Source of the DNA: Anthoceros angustus
Taxonomy: Eukaryota > Plantae > Anthocerotophyta
Direction: 5' to 3'
NCBI GenBank assembly: GCA_010909165.1
Contig: MU008158.1
Coordinates: 3,001,478 to 3,065,477, forward strand
Length of the DNA: 64,000 nt
This document shows positions 36,601 through 49,301 of the stretch, piece by piece. Each line of letters begins with the position of its first letter. The stretch's first letter is position 1. The notes beneath the pieces are model-generated. The model did no database searches. It was not told where the DNA came from and saw nothing but the letters and a program-made list of their open reading frames with translations. Position numbers and translations under genes: made by a program.

Positions 36601-37778
36601 TGGCATGTCCGAATGACCGAAGAAGGTTTCATCCAAATCCTGGTAAGTCACAAGATAGCGTAGTGACACACTGGATTCAATGATAATTCAGTTGCTGATG
36701 AGTTGTTCGTTGTGCAGCATCTGGTGTAAATCCGGGACACCTTACGTACTTCAGGTTCTGTGGGCGAGTTCTAGCGTTAGCACTTATGCACAAAGTCCAA
36801 GTGGATGTGGTTCTCGCATTATCGTTCTTCAAGCAGCTTTCTGGTCTACCTGTGGTGTGGGAAGATGCAAAGGATGCAGATCCCTGCCTGTATGATAGCT
36901 GCAAGAAAATCTTGGAAATGGATCCTGCTGTTGTTGATTCAGATGTTCTGGGCCTTACATTTGTTAGTGAAAAAGAAGAACTGGGTTGTCGGGAGACACT
37001 GGAACTTTGTGAAGGTGGCAAGGACATGGTCGTAACCAGTAGAAATCGTGTGAGGTTTGTTGAGCTTTTGGTGCAGCGTCGTTTGGTAGCTTCGGTGGCT
37101 GACCAAGTAAAGTCATTTTCTGAGGGTTTTCAAGACGTGCTCGTGAATGCAACTCCTTGTCAATTCTTCCAAGTATTAGACCCTGAAGATCTAGACCAGA
37201 TGCTATATGGTAACGACCGGAACATATGTCTGAGTGACTGGAGAACTCATACAGAATACCATGGTTACAGCAGTTCGGATCTTCAGATAGTGTGGTTCTG
37301 GCAGGTGCATATTCTTGAACCTTTGATCTTTTAAACAATTTGCCAGAGATGCGTTTATAGCATGTGCAGCAACTACAAAGGAGTGGCATGTCTTGTATGT
37401 CCTTGTTTTGCAAGCTTGAAACCTCAAATCTGTAGCATGGGTTATGTCTGTGCATTTTTCTTTCCACATGAATTATATTTCCCTCTTGATTTACGCTAGT
37501 TCCGGGCTGTGCAGGTAGCAGAGGCTATGACCGCAGAGCAGCGAAGAAAGCTTCTTTTCTTCTCAACATCCGTCTCGCACTTGCCGGCGCAAGGTTTTGC
37601 AGGCCTTTCTTCAAAATTTCATATACATCGTGCTCATACTGATATAAGCTGGTTACCGACGGCACATACTTGCTTTTTTCAACTCATTCTGCCACCGTAT
37701 CCCTCCTACGATATGATGCGCGCGCGCCTTCAGTCAATTACAGAGGGGCATATTGCAGAAGGTTTCGGTTTCGCTTGA
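33696..37778 (+). CDS. UPL5: HECT E3 ubiquitin ligase with ubiquitin-like domain (UPL5-like); exons 33696-35138, 35382-36642, 36718-37304, 37515-37778
   Basis: UBL domain (LQFFVKT...DQRLIFCGRQL...DATLHLVAR). HECT motifs (EEATGPGVLREWF; LPTAHTCF with catalytic Cys). GT-AG introns keep the frame. Alternative start at 33768. Confidence 0.92.
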
Positions 37779-38253
37779 CGCTCTTCGCCTTTGTAATTCG
37801 CACTTGCAATCCATGGGAAGGCAGTTGGTTAACTGGCTCGAAATAACTTTTGAGGACCCAAGTTTTATTTTATGGCACCCACCAGTTGAGCCAGCTGCTG
37901 TTGGACATCCAAGTGAGTGATCGTCGTATTGTTGTGATGTTCACAACGATAACAACAGTTACTGTCTTGGAAGCTAGATTACCCATACACGTTACATAAC
38001 TTGTGGTTTTCATTGATACCTTTGCGAATTGAAGAGTAATCTTCCATCACTCAATCATGTAGAGGGTGTCTCTATTACCTGCGGTGTGGCCCGAAAATTC
38101 TCTGGAAACACACGCAACACCCTATAATTCTCTAAAAAACACACTCGCATCGCTGTGGATCGAAAGACTCAACATTAGTCGATTCGTCGTTTACGGGGAC
38201 TGACTGTCCATTACAGGTAACTGTTTTCCGGATTGAATCAGGGTGGCGTCAAA

Positions 38254-40756
38254 TCAAATTACATGGTTCTCGGTCTTGTTGAGCCGTTTCAGAAAGTCAT
38301 CCTTGAGCACCCTTCGCAACGTTTTGCCTGACAAGGACTTGGGTATGGATGACACGAACTCGACATGCCTTACTTTCTTGTAGCTCGCCACCTGACAAGC
38401 GTGGTAAGAGCGGTCAAGACTCTTGCCAGTGAAAGTTTCTCATGCGTTCGGGTGCAAATATATTAGCTCTGTTACCTTTGCTGCCACGTAGCGTATAACA
38501 TCTTCTTCGTTGAGATAGCTGTTAGGTGCTAGAACAACGCAGGCTGCTGGCACCTCTCCTGCCTCGTCATCTGGAATTCTGCTAATCTCCAGGTTGAACA
38601 TGTAAGAGCTGTGCAAATCTGATCAAATATTTACAATGGCCTACTAGTGTCCTTATGCATATACTCACGGTATGACTGCAGCGTCAGCGATAAGTGGGTG
38701 GGCCACCAGGATGGCTTCCAGCTCTGCCGGAGGGACCTGTAAGAAGCCAAGGATGTGCCGTTTTAGAAGCATGGATTCAATCGAATCGGAACCTGTGGAA
38801 GCATCCCCTGGCGCAAGCTTACAAGTTGCTTCCAGTACCTGGAACCCTTTGTACTTGATGAGCTCTTTCGCTCTCTCGACTATGAAAACATCTCCGTCGT
38901 CGTCGATGTAGCCTACGTCTCCTGTGTGAAGCCAGCCCTGCTTATCGATAGTGGCTGCGGTAGCTGCTTCGTTTTTGAAGTAACCTGCAGGTGAACTCTT
39001 GGATATTAATGTAGGCACTGAAGAGAATGGATCACCAAACGCCGTGTGAGACGTGGAAGTTGCATTCATGGGAGAAGCAATCGGAATGATTCGGACAAGT
39101 GTGCCTCCCCGAGATTCGAGATACCGTGCATATTGGACTCGCCGCGTACGCAAATTTCTCCTGCACGATTTGCAGGCAGGGACTCTCCCGTGTCCGGATC
39201 CAGAATTTTCATCTCCGTTCCTGGAGGTGAAGGAGGCGAGAACAACGTTCAAATGACTCATCAAGCTGACCAACTGTGCATAACCTTGTCATACTCTGAC
39301 AGAAGACTCTAATCTCATGTACCTGGAACGAGGAAGCCGACGGAGCCTTTCTTGGCATTCCCTCTGGGATGGCCTGGAGGTGCGTGGCTGAGCGTGATGC
39401 AGCTGACTTCTGTCAGTCCATATGCCTGCATCCACCACAGACTCTTACGGTGAGCATATGAAGGGGTGAATTTATGACCATTGCAATGTTGAGCAAATGC
39501 CTTTGAGAACTGGCCTGCCGTAATTCAACTCCAGGGAACCTGGCTTCAAATGCCTTTTGGATGTCAGGCGGGAGTGGTGCGGCTGCTGTCATCACTCCCT
39601 CCAGCTTCAGCTTGCTCAGGTCGAACTCGTTCACGATCGGGCTCTTCACCATTTGAAGGATGATGGGAGGCACGAGAGGGGTGAAAGTTACCTCGTACTT
39701 TATCAGGGCTGCCAACATGAGTCGTAAATCGTATCTGGGCAGCACCACCAGGGTGCCCTGATACCTCATGGTGGAGCAGCATATTCCCGTTGTGCCGTAA
39801 ATGTGGAAGAAGGGCAGCAGGCCCAACACCACATACCTTTTCACACTAGGAGTAGGAGCCACTGCAGGTATTGGGCAAGTGCGGATTGTGTTAGCAAGCA
39901 GATTTCGATGGGTGAGCTTCACTCCCTTGGACAGTCCTGTTGTGCCCGAAGAGTAAGGCAAAGCACACAGATCGTCCTGCTCCAATTCACAAGCAACTTG
40001 AGCTGGTCAGGGCTCAGCTTGAAGTAGCCCCACGAATCACATACGGCAGTCTACATGCGTGGTCACCTGTGAAAGGGGCTCAGGCGGGACGTATTCTGAT
40101 CCGTCGTACTCGAACAAGCGCTGCACTGATGTGGAGCCTTCGGGATTTGGTGTGACTGACTTGTCCGAAGAAGCTGCTGAGCTAAGGGGCAGGAGAAGAA
40201 TGGGCAGCTGATGCGCGAATTGCTTCACCTTGTCGAAGCACGCTGAGTCGGTCACCACGACCTTTGCATCGGAGTCTTGAATCTTCATTGGCACGATTTT
40301 GTAACCAACAGTTAAGTTGCTGATTGATCAATGCAAGTCCATGTACCACTACACATGCATGTGCTTTTGCTTTGAGCTGCAGAAACGTCTTACCTGTTTC
40401 TCAATCTCTCCGGGGTGGGAGTAAGGGTTCCCTCCAGAGAACACGCCGCCGGCCCACATGATACCGAGCACCAGAATAAAATACTCCGCAGTGTTGGGCA
40501 GAAGAACGAACACCACGTCTCCCTTTCGGATGCCCAGGAGGTTTCGAAGCCCGGCGGCCACGTTTTTCACCAAGATTCGAGCTTGGCCGTAGGTGTACTG
40601 CCGGTCGTCCAATGCATCCACCACAGCCACTCTGTGCTCATCTTCAGGCCGGATTGCATTCAGCAGAATGAATTCTGGAATGGTGACATTGGGTGGGATG
40701 GCTGCCGCAGCCAGGCTGTTCCGGAATATGTGTTCCGGCTCGGAGAGAGAGGCCAT
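38254..40756 (-). CDS. ACOS5: 4CL-like acyl-CoA synthetase, ACOS5 clade; 9 exons (40756-40394, 40282-40067, 39976-39515, 39425-39323, 39220-39125, 38984-38839, 38736-38669, 38578-38476, 38391-38254)
   Basis: AMP-binding [40 protein letters not shown]5-like signatures [11 protein letters not shown], FFHIYGxxGICC, [19 protein letters not shown]. No C-terminal PTS1 (ends NHVI). Confidence 0.88.
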
Positions 40757-43256
40757 TTCACGCTCTGACGGCCTCGACGGGTGAGGAAAGGAAACAAGTG
40801 AGGCTGGTACTGGGGCTGCCTGTTGCGCCAAACGCAACGGCTCTTATATGTTTCTTCAGTGGCGAGCCGACAGTGGGTAGCGAAAGCGCGAAGCTTGCAT
40901 GGACAATTCCAAGAAATCGGTCGTTGGTTGTTGGGCTACTGAATCCGACAGCGCCTGGTTTCCTGCGCTCCATAACCGGGCGCCCTGGCACTGGTAGGTA
41001 GAGCTTGCTTACTTTGCGACGCTGCTCCGTCATTTTCATGTCTCGACATACGCAAATCTGAAATATCATTACCTAGGTGCTATTTTATCTATCCATTGTA
41101 TGTGAGTATCAACGACTTTGGAGGCTCTTCCCTTCCCTTACCTTGCGGTGAGTGGAGGCAACGCGGCCGGGAGCTTCCTACATGTAGTCGGACTAAATAG
41201 TTGCAGCTGGCGTGCGGTATGCTTTCGGCGTTTTCGGCATGTCACACACCCGTTCATTCTGAAGTAATTTGCACCTAAAAGGTCAAGGCATTGGAGCCTT
41301 GTCAAAAGAGAAAAGATGGTGTCTACAGACCCTAGCCGGCAATTAGTGGCTGCAGCTTGTGCACTGCCACTCCCAGCCGTTGCCACGCAGCTGCTTCTCA
41401 ACATTCGCAACCTGTGCACAAGAATCCAAGTCAATACAGCTGAAACATAGTACAGTCTGTGGGATACAGGAGTTGACAATGAGCCGTGACGTGGAGGATA
41501 CCTCCATATTGAAATCCGCTCCCTAGGGTCGCCAGGCTCAAACCCCGGATCAATCCAATGCCCTGGAAGCACACAGATGATGTCACGCCACCCGAAGTCC
41601 TTAGAAGCTTTGAGGTACTTGGTGACTGCATGAGACTCATCTCTTTTGGCCTGCCACAGATGCCCGCAATGCAGCAACAAATGAGAGGGCATTCACCGAT
41701 TGTGCTGTCTTCAGAAGATAGGAAGGGACACAAAGAGAGTTTGTATTACCCGAGAACCGATAGTATGTGAAACCTTCATATAATCCACTTTAACTTTTAC
41801 AGGGATGCTGCTGATGATATGCCTGGAGATTCCATCAAGCATTAGTTGAGAAGGGACTTCCACAAGGTCTGCAGCCACCATTCACAGAGACCGTGTCATT
41901 AATCCTTGCATAGAAACGCTTTCTTCGCAGTCAGCGATGGGACAGTTAGGACGTCCAGCATCGGCCCAAGGTCTGCACAGCCGACCACGCTCCCTTCAGA
42001 TGAACCCAGTACACGCACTGCTCCTTGCACTGTCGACACTTCTGAGAGGTGTGCAAGAGTAACTCCCCAGGCCCACCCTGTAGCCTATATCCACATTCTC
42101 ACATACTCCCACCTCTCGCCCACCCAGGACTGCGAAGGTGAAGCACCTCTACCATGAACATCATCAAACAGTCCAGGAAGAATGCAGACAAAACTAAGCT
42201 CAATGTCAAGCAGCAGAAGCAACAGAACCTGGAGCAGCCAATGGCTCACGCAGCTTTCCAAACACCGGTGTAAGAACTCTGAGCCGGGCATAAGCAAAGC
42301 CTGCAGACTGCTGCCATGTGCTCCCGGCTTGCAGTCATCATGCTCTCTGGCAGAGAGCTTATATTCTGTGCAGCATCCACCGTCAAGCCCACGTTCAAGC
42401 CCATGGGAACCCATTGCCACCGCCATCTCCCATTATCACCTGCATCAGTCTACCGTCATTGATACAGAGGATACGGAGACCAAGCTCACTCTACCACCCA
42501 ACATGCTGATGACCAACCTAGTCCTAGGCCATTGGGCAGAGCCATTGCCCGCTGGAACTTGAGCTGCAATCCTTGCCCAGTCGTCAGCTTGGCACCCACC
42601 TCATATCGGTATTCCTGCGAACGCCGGATTTTAATCAGGCCAACAACGGCAACGACGGGAATGCCAAATCCCCAGCCCCCACCATAGCACCAAAACCAGC
42701 TCTTCGATGAGAGACCAAGAAGAAGAACACAGACCCGCCCCGGAAACCTGCGATAGCACCGCAGAGGCACGTATCGAGAGTAGGGCTGGGTGAGGCAAAG
42801 ACGGAGAAGAAATCCTCATCATCCTCCACCGTCTTCCCCGTCTCCATGGTCACTCCCGCCTTCAGGCCGTGCTCTGCTCTACCTACGCATTGCTCCTGGA
42901 CCCACAGCCTCCCCCAAATATCAGCAATGAAGGCTCGAGGTTATCAGCTGCTGAGCTCCAACAAGCTCGGCATTGGAGCCATCGGCAACCCAGGCCAAGG
43001 CCTTCCTCGTCAGCTGGATAAGATAACAAATGTTTACAACGGGAGTTTACAACGAACCTGTAGAGGCTAAGACAGCTGTATCGAGACACCAAATCTTTAC
43101 AACGAACCAGATTGAGTAGGTGATATGCTGCCCTAATTCGCTCGCATTCGCTCTCCTGCTTTTCCTACGGGCTTGGAGGCCTGAGCGGCCGGGCTACCGT
43201 GGTCTCGCAACTCATCCACTGTTGGCCGAGGGGCTTAGGGTTTTGCGGCAGCAAAC

Positions 43257-44543
43257 ATGGAGCCTGAAGATGTCGGCGATGAGTACACGGAGGATTTCAG
43301 GAGTGAAGACACTGATAGCGAGGTGGAGTACACAGAGTATGATCCCGATTTTCATGTGATGCTTTACCTGCTAGGGGAAGATGTTGGTAATGAGGGCTCT
43401 ACCAGCGCAGCCGGCCCTGTGCCGCATGCTGTGGTGTGTCCGACGTTGCCGGAGGAAGTGGTGGAAGCAGTGCTGGTGTGGTTACCGGCGGCAGCGCAGG
43501 CCCGCTTCCGAGCTGTGTGCAAGGCGTGGCTTGCCTTGCTCACCAATCCGGAGTTTCTCCGGCGGAGCTTTCTCCGGTCCATTTCAAGGACGACGCTTCC
43601 CGTGTGTACTGTGAGGTATCTGCCGGAAGAGTATGATTATAAGCCGGATTTTCCATGGGACCAGCTACGACGAATTTCGCCCCCATATAAGAGCTTGAAA
43701 GTGGATCTGTCTTTTTTGCCGGAGGTGTTCCATTCTCATCTGTCGAAACTTTACTATGCTTCACCGGGTGGTTTCATGTGCGCCAGCCGTCTCCTTCCCG
43801 ACGGAATGCACTTGTGTGTGTTCAATCCAATGAACCAGAGCTTCAAAGCTTTGCCCATCCTTGAGAAACTTTGGGGTTCAGAAGTGTTCCCGTTGATGGG
43901 AACAGTCATTGCAACAGAAAGCATTCCCAGCTTCAAGGTGTATGTTCCTCGTATTCAACCAGTTGACAGCGACGATCTCGAGTTTGATGACGTTGCCATC
44001 TACAGTAGCATCAGTGGTGAGTGGAAGGGCTTCGTAGGTTGCTCTGACGGGAATTTAAGTGACCCGCCGCCTGTGGCCTGCAATGGAGAATTGTACACGA
44101 CGGTGGACAGCACCCCCTCACGCCTGGTGCGGCTTAGCACGGAGACGGGTACAGGGTACTGGCATGTGGCCCTGCCCGACTTTGAGGAGCTCCGAGGCGA
44201 GCATTGGAAGAGGGAGTTTTATGTGGTAGGGCACCGTGGAAGGCTGTTGTGCTGCTGCGGTGGTATTTGGATGTTGGACGATGGCAGGCAGGTGTGGGTC
44301 GAGGTTGCGGGGAGGTGCCCGCCTGACCTACTGCCCGGCAATCCAGAGACGGAGACTTTGAGGTTGAAGAATGTTTACGTTGCTGGGGACCTCGTGGTTT
44401 TCTTTTATTTTACTCGTGGTGATCCAAGAAACTCACATTGTCCTGTCGCTTACGACATGGTTCGAGGTTTCTGGCGAAAGGTTCCCTCGATTATCGGTCA
44501 ACTTGGGGACGTTTTTCAACCTATGCCCAGTTTGAGGCTTTGA
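43257..44543 (+). CDS. Intronless F-box protein (F-box plus probable beta-propeller/FBA-type region)
   Basis: 428-aa ORF with LPEEVVEAVLVWLP...RFRAVCKAWLALL F-box, CVFNP and AYDM motifs, and an acidic N-terminus. Confidence 0.88.
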   Translation: MEPEDVGDEYTEDFRSEDTDSEVEYTEYDPDFHVMLYLLGEDVGNEGSTSAAGPVPHAVVCPTLPEEVVEAVLVWLPAAAQARFRAVCKAWLALLTNPEFLRRSFLRSISRTTLPVCTVRYLPEEYDYKPDFPWDQLRRISPPYKSLKVDLSFLPEVFHSHLSKLYYASPGGFMCASRLLPDGMHLCVFNPMNQSFKALPILEKLWGSEVFPLMGTVIATESIPSFKVYVPRIQPVDSDDLEFDDVAIYSSISGEWKGFVGCSDGNLSDPPPVACNGELYTTVDSTPSRLVRLSTETGTGYWHVALPDFEELRGEHWKREFYVVGHRGRLLCCCGGIWMLDDGRQVWVEVAGRCPPDLLPGNPETETLRLKNVYVAGDLVVFFYFTRGDPRNSHCPVAYDMVRGFWRKVPSIIGQLGDVFQPMPSLRL

Positions 44544-45254
44544 GTTTCAGTCTCTGTGACATGCTCCCTCAGCAAGCTGCGTGTGAGCGGTTGGCTCACA
44601 GTTTTTGTTCTGTTGTGGAGAGAAATAAGGACTGGAAGTTGTTGGAAGTGCCCTGTGATAGTTTTTCGACTTGTAGGAAATTTTGCTTGATATGTAGGAA
44701 CATTTGTTGTCGGAAGTGTTCTGTGGTGAATTTTCAGCTTGATATGTCAGAAATTTTTTGGTCTGTAGTGTTCCGAGATGATTTTTGAGCTTGACATGTA
44801 GGAAATTTTGGCAACAATGGACTTGTAGGACAGAAGGACAACTAAGACCACTGGAGCAAGAAACTGGATTCCTTAGAGGCAACTATGACAAGCATTTGAC
44901 AGACTGGCCTGTTGCCAGCTATGGAATAACAGAAATTTACAGATAAAAATACTTATAAATGTAAAATCAATGAAATATTAATACAATATGTAAATTATAA
45001 TTTATAATTTAAGAATATATTTAAATAATATGAAGTTAAATAAATTTATATAAAATTTTAATAAAATAAATATAAAAACTTTTTGTTTACTTTTTCTGTA
45101 AAGAGATACAAGCGAATGATAATAAAATAAATTTAAATAAAATTATAAAATGAATAAAATATTTAATTATATTTATAATAAATGAATTCAAAGAGATTGA
45201 ATTCACTTCCGCCTCGCTCCTACAACTGCTCCTTCTCGCCATGGCTTCCTCTTA

Positions 45255-46115
45255 CATCCTTCGCTCCCTCTCTCTAGCTCTTCTTCTACATCTTTTGCTC
45301 CTTCTCGCTAGCTCTTCTTCTACATCCTTCGCTCCCTCTCTCTAGCTCTTCTTCTACATCCTTCGCTCCCTCTCGCTAGCTCTTCTTCTATATCCTTCGC
45401 TCCTTCTTGCCCGCACTTCTTCTACATCGCTACTCGCCAACGCTTCTTCTACATCGCTACTCGCCAACGCTTCTTCTACATCCTTCGCTCCAAATGGCTT
45501 AGGCTAAATGGACACACATTTATAAGAACGTAGTGATTAAGCATCTTGAGTTTAGATCTGTACTTAGATTGGGTGCTTGAAGGGAGTGGATGCCCTTGAT
45601 GCAAGTAGCTTAGGCACACCGTGGTATAAGTCGTTAAGTACTAAGTCGCATGACGAAAATCCGTCCTTAGTGGACTTAAATAAAATTCTTCTTCTTCTTC
45701 TCACTAGCGATTCTTTTGCATCTTTGCTCCCTCTCACCAGAGCTTCTTCCATATCCTTCGTTCCCTCTTCTACATCTTCGCTCCCTCTCACCAGAGCTTT
45801 TTCCATATCCTTCGTTCCCTCTCACCAGAGCTTTTTCCATATCCTTCGTTCCCTCTCGCCAGCGCTTTGCTCCCTCTCACCATAGCTTCTTCCATATCCT
45901 TCATTCCCTCTCACCAGCGCTTCGCTCCCTCTCACCATAGCTTCTTCCATATCCTTGATTCCCTCTCGCTAGCACTTCTACACGTCGCTCCCTCTCACCA
46001 GAGCTTCTTCCATATCCTTCATTCCCTCTCGCCAGCACTTCTACACGCCAACGGTTCTACATCCTTCGATCCCTCTCGCTAGCGCTTCTACATCCTTTGA
46101 TCCCTCTCTACATCG
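45255..46115. repeat. Pyrimidine-rich 33-34 bp minisatellite (CATCCTTCGCTCCCTCTC.C.AG.(T)CTTCTTC.A) in two arrays split by a ~200 bp spacer
   Basis: Arrays at ~45255-45490 and ~45700-46115, preceded by an extremely AT-rich tract at 44940-45200. Confidence 0.85.
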
Positions 46116-46234
46116 CTATTGGGATGGAGTACGTCCCATCCATGATTACCTCGAGCCTTTGGAACTCAGCGATGCCTCCCACCCATGATTGCTTTAACCT
46201 TGGTGTTTACTCCTACATCACTACTAAGTGATCT

Positions 46235-46313
46235 CACCAAGTTAAAGCAATCAAAGCAATCTTGAGATGGGGTACCTCCCACCCGAGATTGCTTTGATTG
46301 CTTTAACTTGGTG
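46235..46313. repeat. Perfect 28-bp inverted repeat (hairpin) with 23-nt spacer
   Basis: CACCAAGTTAAAGCAATCAAAGCAATCT (46235-46262) and its exact reverse complement (46286-46313). Confidence 0.9.
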
Positions 46314-46478
46314 TTTCCTCCTAGATCACTACTGAGATGGGGTACCCAACTATTACTCTAGCCCTCGGTGCCCAGGGGCGCGACGCCGCCGCGCCTCCAC
46401 CCATCATACCTATTCTTGTCAAGGTCAAAAAAAGAAAAAACATACCACCAAATCTGTAAGGGTGCTGGCATGAAGAGT

Positions 46479-49301
46479 TTAACCCTTTATTTGGCCATTT
46501 GGCTGAAGCAAGGATGTCCCCAACTGAACCATTAGGGGATACACTGGCGGAAACTCTTTATCCCCTCTTGCCCTGACTTTAGCAGAGAAGTTATTGAGGG
46601 TGACCTTAATAATGTTTCTCCATGCCGCCTCCTCTCCATTAGAATCCAACCATCTGGAGTACTCAGCGGGAGGTAACTTCGCCTGCTTCATTGGTGACTC
46701 TAACTCTTCTGGAGCCCGAGAGTACAGGTGATGAAGAACAGCACTTGGAGGAAGCTCTTGGAGCAGAGGACTATTTTCGATCTGATTTGTCTCAAGAAAG
46801 ATGAAGGGTTTGAAGGCACGCAAAGCCCGATATGGTGACCCCAGCTGCTCCACGGGGAATAAGTTTTGGCCAACAACTAGCTCCAGCTCTGCCATGTCCC
46901 GTGCCAACTTCAGCTTCCCTGCCTCTGACAACGGCCTTATCAAGGCAGCATGGCGCACAAAGAACAGTAATACACGTGATGCCATCTTCCGTGCAAGGCT
47001 TGCACAGATTGTGTCTCCAGACGCTGTGGAATAGCCTGTCGACAGTGATCCAGGTAGGAGTTTCGCAAGGAACTCAGACCGAAACAAGATCACAGTTTTC
47101 TGGAATTCCTCCATATAGCTGGAACTGTTCCCTCCCGGATCCTTCTCCACCGATGTGGAGCCAAAATTCAGGTCATGTACCTGCAGAATGATGCTTTCCA
47201 GTCTTTCCGCCATGGCTTTGAAGAGAGGGCCAATGGAGTCGGATGCTACCCGATAAAGGTCTTGTAAAGAAGAGGAGAGAACTTCTGTGGCTGAACTCGG
47301 CAGCAGAGATGTTAGCCGTGAGTGCACTTCCTGTAATTGGAGACATAATGTGAAGTTCTTTAATTGCAAAGAATTCGCAGGTCCAGTGACCTGCCTGGAG
47401 TCCGATCCTGTGGAGAACTGATGCAGCCAGATGCAGAACATTAGTAGGACAGCATGTGACAGACCGCATAAGATAGTTTGAAGAGCACAATTGAAATCAG
47501 CATTATCCCCAGCGATCCCAGAGTTACCTGATAATCTGCTTTCTCTGCAAACAGATGCAGGACTTTGGCAACTTCCCGTAGAACTAAAACAGTAAGTCTT
47601 TCCTCTGTTTTTACGGCTTCCACTTCCTCCTGGATCCGTGAGACAAGTCGCAAGATTTGCTCTTGCGTAGGGATGCTCCCTCTCACAGCAAGAACAAACA
47701 TTCCATATACCAGGTCACTTAGACTTTTCTGACAGCGAGCCAAATACTCTGTCTGGTAAGGCTCCAACGCTTCAATTAGAAGGTCCTTGTCTTCAGGCTT
47801 GATAGCCGCTGAAACACCTTTCACATCTGGAACGTGTAGAAGTCTTTCCAGCAGATTGTCTACCATACTAAGGAGTTTGGGATATCCGACCACAAAAGTT
47901 TCTTTGACAAAGCTCGAAGCAGTAAATGCAGACTTCATTTGACTTGAGAAAGACTTCGCAACCCCTTCCCACACCCTCTCTGTAAGCATTGGATCACCGG
48001 CCTGTATAAAACAATTCAGCAGACAGCGGAAGCGTAAAACTTTGAAAGATGACAGAGATTGGATGCCAAGAAACGGAACGGCAAAGCCCACAAGGCAGTA
48101 CTTCTTAGTCTGAGTTCGAGAAATAAGCAGATTACTTTACCTGGACAACTTCCTCTAGAAAAATCAGATGTGAGATTGGATCTCGCTTCTTAGACAGGAC
48201 ACGCTGCAGATGCCACACAGCAATAAGAATTGAATGAAGCTGGTCCATGCATGTTACCATCCGCTGCCATAGCCCATCCCGTGCTCTTCCCGTCCCTCCA
48301 AGCTGAGGTGTGCCAGATCTCTGAATGCCCCCAGGGCCCCCAAGAGACCCAACACTAGCTGAGATGGCTTTCATGTCCAGAGCTACACCAACACTTTTAA
48401 TTGCCTGAAATTTATACTTGGTGATGAGGTTTTCCACAGTTGTCTTAAGCTCTCCCATATTGTAGTAGACTTGTAGGAAACTTCCGACCTCTGGTTGATT
48501 TAGAGACTCCATGCCACTTTCAAGTCCCTTCATGGCTTCACTTCGAATCCGATTCCCCACCCCTGAAAGCCAGGAGGCCTGTTCATCTATGACATCAATG
48601 CCAGAAAGATCAGCCTCTCTCCTGACGGTCTCCACCTCATAGAAGAGCTGAGCCGCTTTGGACAAATCAATCTTAGCGCCTTCAGGAACTTCCACAATTT
48701 CCCTCAACTTCTTCAGATGCTTCAGCACGCGGGTAACTGACCTCAAAAGCTCCACAGTTTCATGCAAACATGAAAGTTGCCTGGATTTGGCCTTCATCGA
48801 CTTGTACGGGTCCGCAATCTCGGATCTGACTCTGCCAACAGATGCCTGCAAACTATCGACTCCCGACCTCACCACAGCCAGCACACTTTCCGCCTCTTTC
48901 AGGCTGGAAATCGGCTTGAGCAGCTCATCGTGTCTAAGAAACACTTCACTTCTCAGCTGCTTCTCGAGGAGCTGGATGCCTTCCTCCAGCTTCTCAGAAG
49001 AGGCTGCAGCAGATCCGCTGCTCAAAGCATCACTAGCAAATTGCGTGGCATTGAAGTCCTCTGACAGAAACTTGGAAAAAACTGAATCTTTCTCGAATTC
49101 CTCGATTGCAGTCCTGGCAGACGCTTCAGCGGACTCCGCCGCACCAACGTCCAATCCACTCAAGGAGCTAGATCCATTCTTCTCGTGGTGAAAGGCATGC
49201 CCTGATCTGAAACTGTGTAGATGCTGAAGCCGCGGTGATTGGCCCGGAGAACCTCGGTGAAGCGCGCTTCCAGTTCTCTGCAGGGACATGGTCGCTGCCA
49301 T
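46479..49301 (-). CDS. COG5: Conserved oligomeric Golgi complex subunit 5; exons 49301-48141, 48001-47528, 47417-46479
   Basis: FLSEDFNATQFAS, AVWHLQRVLSKKRDP, FFVRHAALIRPLSEAGKLKLARDMAELEL, RGDKEF.PVYPLM. GT-AG introns in phase 0. Confidence 0.93.

Noticed and set aside
41138-43100. Possible gene between ACOS5 and the F-box gene
   Set aside because: Only short ORFs interrupted by stops; no consistent exon chain or domain could be built
45255-46115. CRISPR-like array
   Set aside because: Units are contiguous and degenerate, with no unique spacers and no cas genes; eukaryotic context
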